A DNA stretch of 56,244 nt, taken from positions 22,735 through 78,978 of the forward strand of contig CAYMAG010000013.1 of NCBI GenBank assembly GCA_964388335.1. Reading direction: 5' to 3'. Positions 17,019 to 25,805 of the stretch are shown here, piece after piece. The position numbers and the translations under genes were made by a program. Origin of the DNA: an uncultured Vicinamibacteraceae bacterium. GTDB taxonomy: Bacteria; Acidobacteriota; Vicinamibacteria; Vicinamibacterales; Vicinamibacteraceae. How positions within the stretch are numbered: position 1 is the stretch's first letter; each line of letters begins with the position of its first letter. The notes under the pieces were generated by a model. The model was not told the DNA's origin. It worked only from the letters and a program-made list of their open reading frames with translations, and did not search any database.

Positions 17019-19445
17019 ATGAACGTTCGGACCCATCTGCACGGCTTCCCCGGCGATCTCCGGTTCGCCGTCCGCTCGTTGCGGCGCAGTCGCGGGTTCG
17101 CCGCGACCACGATTGTCTCGCTGGCGCTGGGAGTGGCGCTCACCGCGTCGACGCTCTCGGTCATGAACAGCTACGTGGTCCGCGCGATGCCGTTCCCGGA
17201 ATCCGTTCGGCTCTACCGAGCGCTCTACGACGCTCCCGGCCAGCCCGAGCCGCGCGGCGTGGAGCACGTCGACTGGCACGCGCTGAGCGACGTCGTCGAC
17301 GTTGCCGACTACTCGCGATTGGGCCGCTTCGTCCTGCACACCGACAACTACCCGCAGGAGATTTCGTCACTGGAATGCGCTCCCGGCGCGCTCGAAGCCA
17401 TTGGCGTCAGGGCCGCGCTGGGCCGTGTGTTCTCGGCCGACGAATTCCGCCCCGGCGGCGAGCGCGTCATCATGATCAGCGACGGCCTCTGGCGGGAGCG
17501 CTTCGGCGCCAGTCCGAGCGTGCTCGGACGCTCCATTCGCGTCAGCGCGGCGGCCTCCGGTGACACGCCCTCGGACTATCGCATCATCGGCGTCCTGCCT
17601 CACGGGTTCCGATACGTCGGCAACTATGTCCGCGATCCAGCCGACACGGCCCTGCCTCTCACGTCCCCTCGCCCAGCCTACATGGTGCGCGTGCGCGAGG
17701 GCGTGCCGATCGCCTTCGCGGCACAGCGGCTCACCGACGCGGTGCGGAACGTCGCGTCGGAGATCCCCAGCGGCTGGCAGGGCGTGCGATTGGAATCCGT
17801 TCACGCGCACTACGTGCGCGACGTGCGCCCTGTTCTGGTCGGCGTCACCGTCGCCGCCGCCCTCGTGCTGCTCATCGTGGTGATGAACATCGGGGTGCTG
17901 ATGCTCCTGCGGACGCTGCGTCGGCAACAGGAAACCGCGGTTCGCGTGGCACTCGGCGCCGAGCCGCATCTGATCGCGCGCCTGCTCTTCGCGGAAGCGG
18001 CACTGATCTGCAGCGTCGCGCTCGTCGTCGGCAGCGCCCTCACGGCGATCACGCTGCGCGCGCTCGGCCCGCAGATCGAAGCCAGACTCGGCCGACCCGT
18101 ACCGGGCGGCGTATCCGCGCTCGCGATGGATGGCACGGTACTGCTCTGGATGGGCGGTATCGCCCTGCTGATCGCCGTGGTCGTTGCATGGTTGCCGATG
18201 ATCGCCGTGCATCCCGCGCGTCTCGCAGACAGCCTGCGCGGCGAAGGCCGCGGCGGGACCGACCGCCCGACCGTGCGCCGCGCTCGCGCGGCCCTTCTCG
18301 CGTTGGAGGTCGCTGCTTCGACGGCGCTGCTGATCGGCGGCGGGCTCATGGTCCGCAGCGTCGCGCACCTCGTGGGCACGGATCTCGGCTACGACACCCG
18401 TCAGGTCCTTCGTTCGCGCCTCCAGCTTCCCAACGCCACGTACAGAGACGCCGCCGCCTTCGCCCGCTTCTACGATCGTCTGGAAGAACAACTCACCGCC
18501 ATTCCGAATCTCTCGTTCGCGCTGTCGACGTACGTGCCGTTCTGGGAACCGCCGGCACGGCTTCTGGACACCGACCGCGACACCACCGAGCTTCGCGCCA
18601 GCATCACCGCTGCAGGTCCGGACTACTTCCGGACGCTCCGCATCGGATTGCTCGAAGGGCGAACGTTCACGCAGGCCGATCGAACCGGCGCCGAAGCGGT
18701 GGTCGTGATCAGTGAATCGCTCGCGCGGACAGCGGCACCGCACGGTCGCGCGTTGGGTACGAGGATTCACACCACGGAATGGTCGGAGACCGGTGAGCCA
18801 CGTCGTGTCTGGCGCACCGTGGTGGGAATCGTTCACGACATCCACCAGACGCACGCCGACGTCAACCTGAAAGACGCGTACATCCCGTTTGCGCAGGCAG
18901 CCACGCGGTTCGCGAGCGTGTATGTCCGCGCGGACGGATCGTCGCAGCAATGGCTGGAGACCCTCCGGACGGTCGTCGGCTCCATCGACCCGCATGTGTT
19001 CGTCGGTTCGGCTGCGCCCCTGTCCGTTCAAGCCGACGATGTCCTGGCCGGTCCGCGCTTCATCACCGCAGTCCTGACCGTGTTCGCGGTGTTTGCCGCG
19101 TTGCTCGCGTTGCTTGGCATCTACGGCGTCACGGCCTACGCCGCGCAGCAGCGCCAGCGCGAGATCGCCATCAGGATGGCGATTGGCGCGACGGCGGGCA
19201 TCGTCATCCGGATGTTCCTGCGAGAGTCAGGCAAGGTACTGCTGATTGGCGTTGTCGGCGGCGTCCTGGGCGGCACGGCTGTGTCGCGCATCCTGCAGAG
19301 CCAACTCCACGGCGTGGAGCGTTTCGACCCATGGACCGTCGCCGTCACCTGTGTGTTTCTGGTCAGCGCAGGATTGCTTGCCACATGGATGCCGGCGCGC
19401 CGCGTCTCCCGCACCGATCCGATGACGGCCCTGCGAGCGGAATAG
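17019..19445 (+). CDS. ADOP-family permease (short N-terminus form)
   Basis: 808 aa: MNVRTHLHGFPGDLRFAVRSLRRSRGFAATTIVSLALGVALTAS... with an AAGGAGG RBS. C-terminus ...ARRVSRTDPMTALRAE. Confidence 0.85.
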   Translation: MNVRTHLHGFPGDLRFAVRSLRRSRGFAATTIVSLALGVALTASTLSVMNSYVVRAMPFPESVRLYRALYDAPGQPEPRGVEHVDWHALSDVVDVADYSRLGRFVLHTDNYPQEISSLECAPGALEAIGVRAALGRVFSADEFRPGGERVIMISDGLWRERFGASPSVLGRSIRVSAAASGDTPSDYRIIGVLPHGFRYVGNYVRDPADTALPLTSPRPAYMVRVREGVPIAFAAQRLTDAVRNVASEIPSGWQGVRLESVHAHYVRDVRPVLVGVTVAAALVLLIVVMNIGVLMLLRTLRRQQETAVRVALGAEPHLIARLLFAEAALICSVALVVGSALTAITLRALGPQIEARLGRPVPGGVSALAMDGTVLLWMGGIALLIAVVVAWLPMIAVHPARLADSLRGEGRGGTDRPTVRRARAALLALEVAASTALLIGGGLMVRSVAHLVGTDLGYDTRQVLRSRLQLPNATYRDAAAFARFYDRLEEQLTAIPNLSFALSTYVPFWEPPARLLDTDRDTTELRASITAAGPDYFRTLRIGLLEGRTFTQADRTGAEAVVVISESLARTAAPHGRALGTRIHTTEWSETGEPRRVWRTVVGIVHDIHQTHADVNLKDAYIPFAQAATRFASVYVRADGSSQQWLETLRTVVGSIDPHVFVGSAAPLSVQADDVLAGPRFITAVLTVFAVFAALLALLGIYGVTAYAAQQRQREIAIRMAIGATAGIVIRMFLRESGKVLLIGVVGGVLGGTAVSRILQSQLHGVERFDPWTVAVTCVFLVSAGLLATWMPARRVSRTDPMTALRAE

Positions 19446-19482
19446 CACTGCATCAACGGTCCCGCGGCGCAGTGAGCCCGCT

Positions 19483-19612
19483 CTGTGCTCAGCGGCGCGG
19501 GCGCCCAGTTCCAGAACGTTCCTGGCTTCTGTCATCAGCGCCTCTTTGCATAGACGTACTATGAGAGCGGACGTTCCTCGCTCTGGAGTGAGGTTGTCAA
19601 CTCGTGCTGACC
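19483..19612. repeat. mosaic duplicated segment: ~30 nt copy of ADOP4 internal coding sequence joined to an ~80 nt diverged copy of the padR4 start codon/leader/-35 region
   Basis: 19496-19524 matches 15876-15903 (gcgggcgcccagttccagaacgt(t)cctgg). 19531-19606 matches 16708-16781 at ~85% identity (tcatcagcgcctctttgcatagacgNactatgagag...gaggttgtcaa). Confidence 0.6.
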
Positions 19613-19678
19613 GCGGACGTGACCGGGCCGCCGCGGCTGAAGCTCCGGAGGACCGCCGCAGCCTTTGGCGAATGCTGG

Positions 19679-20233
19679 TCAGCCCGTGGCTGATGTGGCT
19701 GATCGGACGAGCCGGCGAAGCGCACGAAAGGCCGCCAGCATCTCTGCGTACGAGGCACTCGCGTTACGTCCGCTCGGATTCGGCAGCACGAACACTTTCG
19801 ACGAGCCGATGTGCTGCTCCTGCAGCCCGAAGTGCACCGCGCCGGCGTGCCGCGGGAACATCGCTCTAAAAACCGTGATACCCACCAGCGCCACGATCGC
19901 CGGCCGATGGCGCTGCACCTTCCTGCGCAGCCGCAGGCGGCCCGCGACGTACTCCTCTGGACGCAGCGTGTCGATCCCAGGCGTCGGGCGCGCGACGATG
20001 TTCGTCATGCCGAAGCCCCAGTCTGGCAGCCGGCGATCGTCTTCATACGAGAGCGGCTCGGGGACGAGGCGTGATTCGTACAGCAGCTTCCAGAAGCGGT
20101 TCGAGGCGCCTGCGAAGTGATGTCCGGTCAGCGACGAGCGGATGCCTGGATTGATGCCAACGAAAAGAACCTGCACGCCCGGACGGATGCGATCGCGAAG
20201 TCGGGGCAGAACGGCGGATGAATCGAGAGTCAT
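19679..20233 (-). CDS. mug: G/U mismatch-specific uracil-DNA glycosylase (Mug/TDG family)
   Basis: MTLDSSAVLPRLRDRIRPGVQVLFVGINPGIRSSLTGHHFAGASNRFWKLLYESRL...VLPNPSGRN aligns with E. coli Mug motifs (GINPG, HPxNRFW, LPNPSG). Confidence 0.8.
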   Translation of the reverse strand: MTLDSSAVLPRLRDRIRPGVQVLFVGINPGIRSSLTGHHFAGASNRFWKLLYESRLVPEPLSYEDDRRLPDWGFGMTNIVARPTPGIDTLRPEEYVAGRLRLRRKVQRHRPAIVALVGITVFRAMFPRHAGAVHFGLQEQHIGSSKVFVLPNPSGRNASASYAEMLAAFRALRRLVRSATSATG

Positions 20234-20420
20234 GACGGTCTGTGCGCAGGCTGACACACGTCCGAACGTGCCACAGGGATCGACACGGCCGGCGCGTCAC
20301 TTCACAGTGTAGGTGGAGTGCTCCTCCTGATGCCGGGCGGCGTCCTGAGGGCAGTGTTCGGCGTCTGCGGCTGATGAACGTTCAATACCCACGTCCCCCG
20401 CACGAACGGCGCCCGTTGCA

Positions 20421-20681
20421 TTGCGTGGAGCCGTGGCCTACGCTGAGTGCATCGTGAAGCCGCCCTTCATCAACGTCGAGGAGCCCATCGAGAGGGTTGT
20501 CGGCCGCCGGACGAAGCAGCCGAACGCGTTGTCGCTGACGTCGCACGGCAAAGCAGACGCCGTGGCCTGGCGCAAGGCCTTCGGCGGCCTTCGGGTGCCG
20601 CGCGGGGTGTACCGTTTTCGCACGCACGAAGAGGCCGACGCATGGCTGTGGCGGATGATGACCCGTCCAATCCGGAGCTAG
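20421..20681 (+). CDS. small hypothetical protein, upstream partner of a minimal nucleotidyltransferase (start uncertain)
   Basis: Protein-like sequence ...EEPIERVVGRRTKQPNALSLTSHGKADAVAWRKAFGGLRVPRGVYRFRTHEEADAWLWRMM. Its 3' end overlaps the downstream NTase gene by ~40 nt. The TTG at 20421 is only the ORF-track start. Confidence 0.4.
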   Translation: MRGAVAYAECIVKPPFINVEEPIERVVGRRTKQPNALSLTSHGKADAVAWRKAFGGLRVPRGVYRFRTHEEADAWLWRMMTRPIRS

Positions 20682-21166
20682 AGTCTCGAGAGCCGACGCT
20701 CGAGGACTTACGGGATCTGTGCGACGCATTGAATCAACGCGGCGCGCGCTTCGTCGTGATCGGAGGCTTCGCCATCCGTGCCGCCGGGTACAACCGCCGC
20801 ACCATGGACGTGGACCTCATCGTCGCCGCCGATCCGGACAACGAGCGGCGCGTCTTCGATGCGCTGGCAACGCTTCCCGACCAGGCGGTGCGTGAGTTGC
20901 AGCCCGGCGAACTGCTGCAGTACACGGTGATCCGCGTCGCCGACGAGATCCTTGTGGACCTGATGCGCAGCGCTGGCGGCATCGACTACGCGGAAGCGGC
21001 CAAGGATGTCGTGACCCATGAGATTGACGGTGTCACGATCCCGTTCGCGTCGCCGCGTCTGCTCTGGCGAATGAAGGCGGTCACCCATCGCGAGAAGGAT
21101 GCCGGCGACCTCGTGTTTCTGCGCCATTGGTTCGCGGAGCGCGGGGACCAACCACCCGAGCTGTAG
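20642..21166 (+). CDS. minimal nucleotidyltransferase-fold protein (putative toxin-like NTase)
   Basis: 175 aa. GGFAIRAAGYNRRTMDVDLIV fits the G[GS]x9-13DxD NTase motif. C-terminal ...IPFASPRLLWRMKAVTHREKDAGDLVFL. Confidence 0.6.
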   Translation: MAVADDDPSNPELESREPTLEDLRDLCDALNQRGARFVVIGGFAIRAAGYNRRTMDVDLIVAADPDNERRVFDALATLPDQAVRELQPGELLQYTVIRVADEILVDLMRSAGGIDYAEAAKDVVTHEIDGVTIPFASPRLLWRMKAVTHREKDAGDLVFLRHWFAERGDQPPEL

Positions 21167-21217
21167 TGACACTCGCGGCCTCTTCGGCGCCGTGCGTCAG
21201 CCGTGGCGAAGCCCCAA

Positions 21218-21238
21218 GGGCCGGGCAAGCCCGGCGCC
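21218..21238. repeat. REP-like GC hairpin element GGGCCGGGCAAGCCCGGC (second copy at 135-154)
   Basis: Near-identical ~28 nt sequences at 131-160 and 21214-21241. Both lie immediately downstream of minus-strand gene stops, and the second sits between convergent genes. Confidence 0.5.
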
Positions 21239-22176
21239 TACACCTTGGCGTCCTCATTCTTGGCGCCGCCGCCGGCCAGCGTGGACTGTCGCAGCGCCGC
21301 CGCACCCATCAGCCCGCCCATGCCCATCGACTCGACGGCACTGCTCGGAATCAGCATCAGCGCGCCCTTCTCCTTGAGCCCCTCGTACAGCATGTTCATG
21401 GCGCGGAGGTGGAGCGCGGTCGGATTGTTCTGATATGACCTGGCCGCCTCCTCGAACGAATGCGCGATCTCGAGTTCGGCCTGCGCGAGGATGACGCGCG
21501 CCTGCTTCTCCCGGGCCGCCTGGGCTTCGCGCGACATGGCGTCCTGAAGGGCGCCGGGGATGACCACGTCGCGCATCTCGACGGACGACACCGTGACACC
21601 CCACGGGTTCGAACGCTGGTCGATCAGACCCTGGAGTTCCTCTTCGATGCGCTCCCGGCCGCGCAGTAGATCGGTAAGCGTCGTCCGACCAATGATGTCG
21701 CGCAGGGCGGTCTGGGCCGCCCAGCTCACGGCCTGCGCGTAGTCCTGCACCTCGAGGGCCGCCTTCTCTGCGTCGTGCACCATCCAGAACAGCACCGCAT
21801 CGACGTTCACGGGCACGGTGTCCGACGTCAGCGTCTGTTCGGCCGCAAAACTCGTGGTGATCGTGCGCTGGTCGATCCACAACGAGACGCGGTCGACGAA
21901 CGGCACCACCCAGAACAGGCCGGGACCACGCAAGCCGACGAAGCGGCCGAAGCGCAGCACGATTGCGCGTTCCCACTGCTGCGCGACGCGCGGCGACGCC
22001 ATCAGGACGAGGCCGAGCAGCCCCATTCCCACCAGGGGCGCCCAGCTCCCGGTCGGACGCGTACCAGCCCACCCGAGCGCGAGTGCCACGAGCAGAATCG
22101 TCACCGCGACGACGTTGGTGCGCGGCACGCTGGTGCCCGTCTCGTCCGCTCGGCGCCACACTCCACTGAAAGCCAT
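21238..22176 (-). CDS. SPFH/Band-7 (stomatin/prohibitin-like) membrane protein
   Basis: N-terminal TM helices, then QWERAIVLRFGRFVGLRGPGLFWVVPFVDRV...IDQRT, which is typical of the stomatin-like SPFH core. Confidence 0.8.
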   Translation of the reverse strand: MAFSGVWRRADETGTSVPRTNVVAVTILLVALALGWAGTRPTGSWAPLVGMGLLGLVLMASPRVAQQWERAIVLRFGRFVGLRGPGLFWVVPFVDRVSLWIDQRTITTSFAAEQTLTSDTVPVNVDAVLFWMVHDAEKAALEVQDYAQAVSWAAQTALRDIIGRTTLTDLLRGRERIEEELQGLIDQRSNPWGVTVSSVEMRDVVIPGALQDAMSREAQAAREKQARVILAQAELEIAHSFEEAARSYQNNPTALHLRAMNMLYEGLKEKGALMLIPSSAVESMGMGGLMGAAALRQSTLAGGGAKNEDAKV

Positions 22177-22559
22177 TACTGTTCCCCTTCCTGATGCGCG
22201 TGCAAGCCCTTGATGAGGTCGTCGATGGTGAAGCCGGCGGCATCGGCATCCGCGAGCGTGCGCGTGACGAACGCGCGCAGGCGTCGTTCGCGCTCGCGCG
22301 GCGGCCGCGCCTTCTCTGGCGTGGCACGCACGAACGACCCGACGCCGCGCCGTGTCTCGAGGACGCCCGTGCGCTCGAGATCCAGGTACACGCGGGCGAC
22401 GGTATTGGCGTTGATGCGGAGGTCGACGGCGAGTTGCCTGACGGTCGGCAGCTGGTCGCCCGGACGCAGGCGGCCCGTGGCGATCGCCGCGCGCAGCCCG
22501 CGTTCGAGCTGCGCGTAGATCGGTGTCTTGTCTCGGGCATCGATGGAAACGAGACTCAC
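22176..22559 (-). CDS. GntR-family (YtrA-subfamily) transcriptional regulator
   Basis: 127 aa: TPIYAQLERGLRAAIATGRLRPGDQLPTVRQLAVDLRINANTVARVYLDLERTGVLETRRGVGSFV, followed by a short C-terminal tail. Its stop overlaps the SPFH start. Confidence 0.8.
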   Translation of the reverse strand: MSLVSIDARDKTPIYAQLERGLRAAIATGRLRPGDQLPTVRQLAVDLRINANTVARVYLDLERTGVLETRRGVGSFVRATPEKARPPRERERRLRAFVTRTLADADAAGFTIDDLIKGLHAHQEGEQ

Positions 22560-22691
22560 GGGCGCTATTGTACTAGTTCATAGGTACACGTTGTCAAGCG
22601 CCGCCCGCTGCTCACCCGCCGCTGGTCGGGGATCGCGTGACAGGCGCGAGTTCCGCCGGGTAGGATTCGATGGGCGTCACCGGTCTGCGCG

Positions 22692-23030
22692 ATGTCTGCA
22701 CTCGTCTTCAAGATCCTCCCGGCTGGCCTCTGGCAGGCAGCGATGTCCACGGGCGACGTCGCTGGCACGCCCCTCGACGTTCGCGACGGATTCATACACC
22801 TCTCGACGGCAGCGCAGGTCCGCGACACCGCGGGCCGCCACTTCGCCGGCGCGGAGGACCTGGTGCTCGTCGCCATGTCGCCTGACTCGCTGGACGTGCG
22901 ATGGGAAGCGTCACGCGGCGGTGACCTCTTCCCGCACCTGTACGGCGCCCTGCCGCTGGCGGCCGTCCGCTGGGCGAAGCCGCTGCCCCTGTCCGAGAGC
23001 GGGCAGCACGTGTTCCCTGATCTCGACTGA
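22692..23030 (+). CDS. DUF952-family protein
   Basis: DGFIHLSTAAQVRDTAGRHF...RWEASRGGDLFPHLYGALPLAAV matches the DUF952 signature. Confidence 0.65.
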   Translation: MSALVFKILPAGLWQAAMSTGDVAGTPLDVRDGFIHLSTAAQVRDTAGRHFAGAEDLVLVAMSPDSLDVRWEASRGGDLFPHLYGALPLAAVRWAKPLPLSESGQHVFPDLD

Positions 23031-23233
23031 GCGCACCGCGTGCCATCGGGCGACGTCGACGAGGGGCTTCGCCTGGTGCCCGGCGGTTGCCGCCAGGTTC
23101 CTGTCGTCGCTCGACGCGCTCCTCCGCGACGTGCCGCTGGGGTGGAGCGCGTCCGTACACCGCGAGTTACGCGTGCCGGGCTGCGCGCGCGGCCATTCGT
23201 GCTCGAGCGTCCACTGGGGCATGATCTACCGAC

Positions 23234-25624
23234 ATGTCGTCGACCCTCCTGCCCCTGCTCGCCGCTATCGGCATGCTCGCGGCGTTCGGCCTGCTGCTTG
23301 GTCGCGCACCAGCAGCCGCGGAACCGCCGGTCGAGTCCCCTGGTCGCCGCGGGCCGAGCGCGCGTCGCATCACGCTTGCGCTGATCCCGGTGGCCTGGCT
23401 CACCTGGCCTTCGATGGGCCTTGCACCGGAATGGCTGGGCATCGACCTGTCGTGGCGTCTGGGCTTGACGTGGGCAAGCGAGCATGGGCTCGTCCATGGC
23501 CGGGACATCCTGTATACCTACGGCCCCCTGCACTTCCTCGCGACCCGCCTTCCGCCGGCCGGCGCCGGGTGGACGCTCGTCGTCGCCGACCTGATGTTGT
23601 GGCTCGGTACGCTGCTCGTGCTCGCGGCCGTCATGCGCAGCCGGCCGCGCCCCTGGCTCCTCGCGGCATTGCTGGCGCTGGTGTGGCTCGCCGGCGGACC
23701 GTACTTCTACGGGCACGACCTTCCGTTCTCGGCGCTGTGGCTGTGCTGGGCCCTCGTGGCACTGGCGCTGCACGACAGCCGAGCGTCGTACGCGGTGGGG
23801 GCGATCCTGCTCGCGGCGGTCCTGCTGCTGGTCAAGCTGAACACCGGCCTGTTCGCGCTCGCCCTCGCACTGCCGCTCCTCGTGATGGCCGCCTGGTGGC
23901 ACGGCGTATCGGTCCGGGCAGGAGCGCTGCGCGCCGTGGCACTCGTCGTGGCCGCCGGAACCGCCACGCTCGCGCTGGCGTGGGGTCTCGACGTCGCGCT
24001 CTTCGACTACATCAGGCTGGGCCTCGAGCAGGTGCTCGGCTACGTCGACACCATGGCGCAGCCGATCGGGCAGAGCGGCATGCTCGGGTGGCTCGCCGCC
24101 GGCACGGTGGTAGTGGCGATGACCGGCATGACCGTCCTGCGCGGAGGCATTCGAGACATCGATCTGCGCGATGCGAGCGTTGCGGCGCTGAGTTGCGCGG
24201 GTGTCGGCCTGGCGTTCCTGCAGGGATTCACACGACCGGATCCGGGTCACATCGGCGTCTTCCTGCGCAGCGCGCCGCTGTTCCTGTGGCTCGGCGCGGC
24301 TCTCGGCGGCGTGCGGTACGCTCGCGGGTTCACGCTGGCGCTCGTGTGCACGTTGCCAATGGTGGCCCTGCACGAGGCCCGGCTGCGCCCGGCCGGCGCG
24401 CTTCACCAGTTCGGTGCGCCGCTGCGTTACGTCTCCGGGCTACCAGCATTGATCCGTGGCGAGCCCGACACGCGGATGTGGCCAACCCTGCCGGCCTCCC
24501 TGCTCGCGGCACTCGATGGCCAGCGCGTGGACGTGTTCCCGCACGACACGGCGCTGCTGCGCGAACGGCCTGCGATGTGGCAGCCACGGCCTGCGTTCCA
24601 GGACATCGTCGTGGTGTCCGGCGCGATGGACCGTCTCAACGAAGCGTTCTATCTGAGAGCCAGTCGGCCGACGCGCGTGCTGACTCGCGTGGATGCGTGC
24701 GATGCGGCGGCGGGCTGCTGGCAGGCCGAGAGCCGCACGCGCCTGGCGCTCGTCGAGCAGTACGCGCCGGCGCATGTCGGCACCGACCACATGCTGTTGG
24801 CTCCGCGCGCCACCCCGCTGGCGCGCCAGGTGTCGCCGCGCGGGCCCGCCGTTGTCGGCCTTGGACAGCCGATCGTCGTGCCAGTGGTCGATCACACGGC
24901 ATGGCTTCTGCGGGCCGTGCTGCGCCATTCACCGGCTGGACGGTTGACGCGGTTGCTGTCGCAGCCGCCACAGGTGACGCTCGACGTGGTCCGAACGGAC
25001 GGGCAGCGCATCCGCAGTGTCGCGAGCGTGTCGCGATTGGCTGGCGGCGTGTTGGTCGGGCCGTTGCCGATGACGCGAGCAGAGCGCCTGGCATTCACAC
25101 AGGGCGCCATCTCACTGCTGCCCGCTTCGTCGGCGGTCGTGATCGATTCGCCGAATGCCTGGGGATTTGCCGCCGATGTTCGCATCGAACTCGAAGCGCA
25201 CACGCTGACGCTGCCGGCCGCCGACACCGTGACGGCCTCGGTGACACTGGCGGACCTCGGCCAGGGGCCGTGGGGCTCCGGTGTCTGGCCAGTGGCGCCG
25301 CCGGCTGCCGCACTGCCCGAGCCAGGCTGCCCGTCGGGCGTCGTGGACCGCGTATGGCAGGAAGGAGACGGCCAGTGGTGGGCCGAAGGGTGGGCGGTCG
25401 TCGCCGATGCACCCGCGGACGGCGTGATGGCCTGGGACGACGACACGACCATCGGACGCTCGCTGACGATGGGAGAGCGTGCCGACGTGTTGATGGCACT
25501 CGATCACGGGCGTGGCCTCCTGAGCGGATGGCGCATGATGCTCTCGGCGCCGCCATCATCGGCGACCGTCTTCACCGCGGTGGACGGCAGAGCGGGCGAA
25601 CAGCATCGGCTCTGCCGGTCCTGA
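23234..25624 (+). CDS. large polytopic membrane protein (>=10 TM helices in the N-terminal ~430 aa + ~360 aa C-terminal domain), function unknown
   Basis: 796 aa. Hydrophobic helices and coherent frame. The overlapping 22528..25650 ORF in another frame is arginine-rich and was rejected. Confidence 0.6.
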   Translation: MSSTLLPLLAAIGMLAAFGLLLGRAPAAAEPPVESPGRRGPSARRITLALIPVAWLTWPSMGLAPEWLGIDLSWRLGLTWASEHGLVHGRDILYTYGPLHFLATRLPPAGAGWTLVVADLMLWLGTLLVLAAVMRSRPRPWLLAALLALVWLAGGPYFYGHDLPFSALWLCWALVALALHDSRASYAVGAILLAAVLLLVKLNTGLFALALALPLLVMAAWWHGVSVRAGALRAVALVVAAGTATLALAWGLDVALFDYIRLGLEQVLGYVDTMAQPIGQSGMLGWLAAGTVVVAMTGMTVLRGGIRDIDLRDASVAALSCAGVGLAFLQGFTRPDPGHIGVFLRSAPLFLWLGAALGGVRYARGFTLALVCTLPMVALHEARLRPAGALHQFGAPLRYVSGLPALIRGEPDTRMWPTLPASLLAALDGQRVDVFPHDTALLRERPAMWQPRPAFQDIVVVSGAMDRLNEAFYLRASRPTRVLTRVDACDAAAGCWQAESRTRLALVEQYAPAHVGTDHMLLAPRATPLARQVSPRGPAVVGLGQPIVVPVVDHTAWLLRAVLRHSPAGRLTRLLSQPPQVTLDVVRTDGQRIRSVASVSRLAGGVLVGPLPMTRAERLAFTQGAISLLPASSAVVIDSPNAWGFAADVRIELEAHTLTLPAADTVTASVTLADLGQGPWGSGVWPVAPPAAALPEPGCPSGVVDRVWQEGDGQWWAEGWAVVADAPADGVMAWDDDTTIGRSLTMGERADVLMALDHGRGLLSGWRMMLSAPPSSATVFTAVDGRAGEQHRLCRS

Positions 25625-25805
25625 GTGTCGCGCGCGAATGCCTGGGGTGATGCAGGGTGCTGCCGACGGCTTGGCCTGCTGCGGCTGTGAGGGCTGGCGG
25701 CTCGCCGTCCCGGCCGACCCGAACAGGGCGAGCACGGCGGCGGCCGCTGCGGTGGGTCTCGTCGTGAAGGTCATGGTCGGTGTCTTCGACATGAGGCGCA
25801 CGGCG

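Noticed and set aside
22528-25650. 1040-aa plus-strand ORF, plus the 613-aa minus-strand ORF 22565..24406
   Set aside because: Both are R/A/G-rich and overlap the convincing polytopic membrane protein frame (23234-25624) and DUF952. No domain-like segments.
25556-25801. 81-aa minus-strand ORF with a signal-peptide-like start (MSKTPTMTFTTRPTAAAAAVLALFG...)
   Set aside because: It overlaps the 3' end of the membrane protein gene, has no RBS and a low-complexity Pro/Ala/Gln-rich body. Not supportable.
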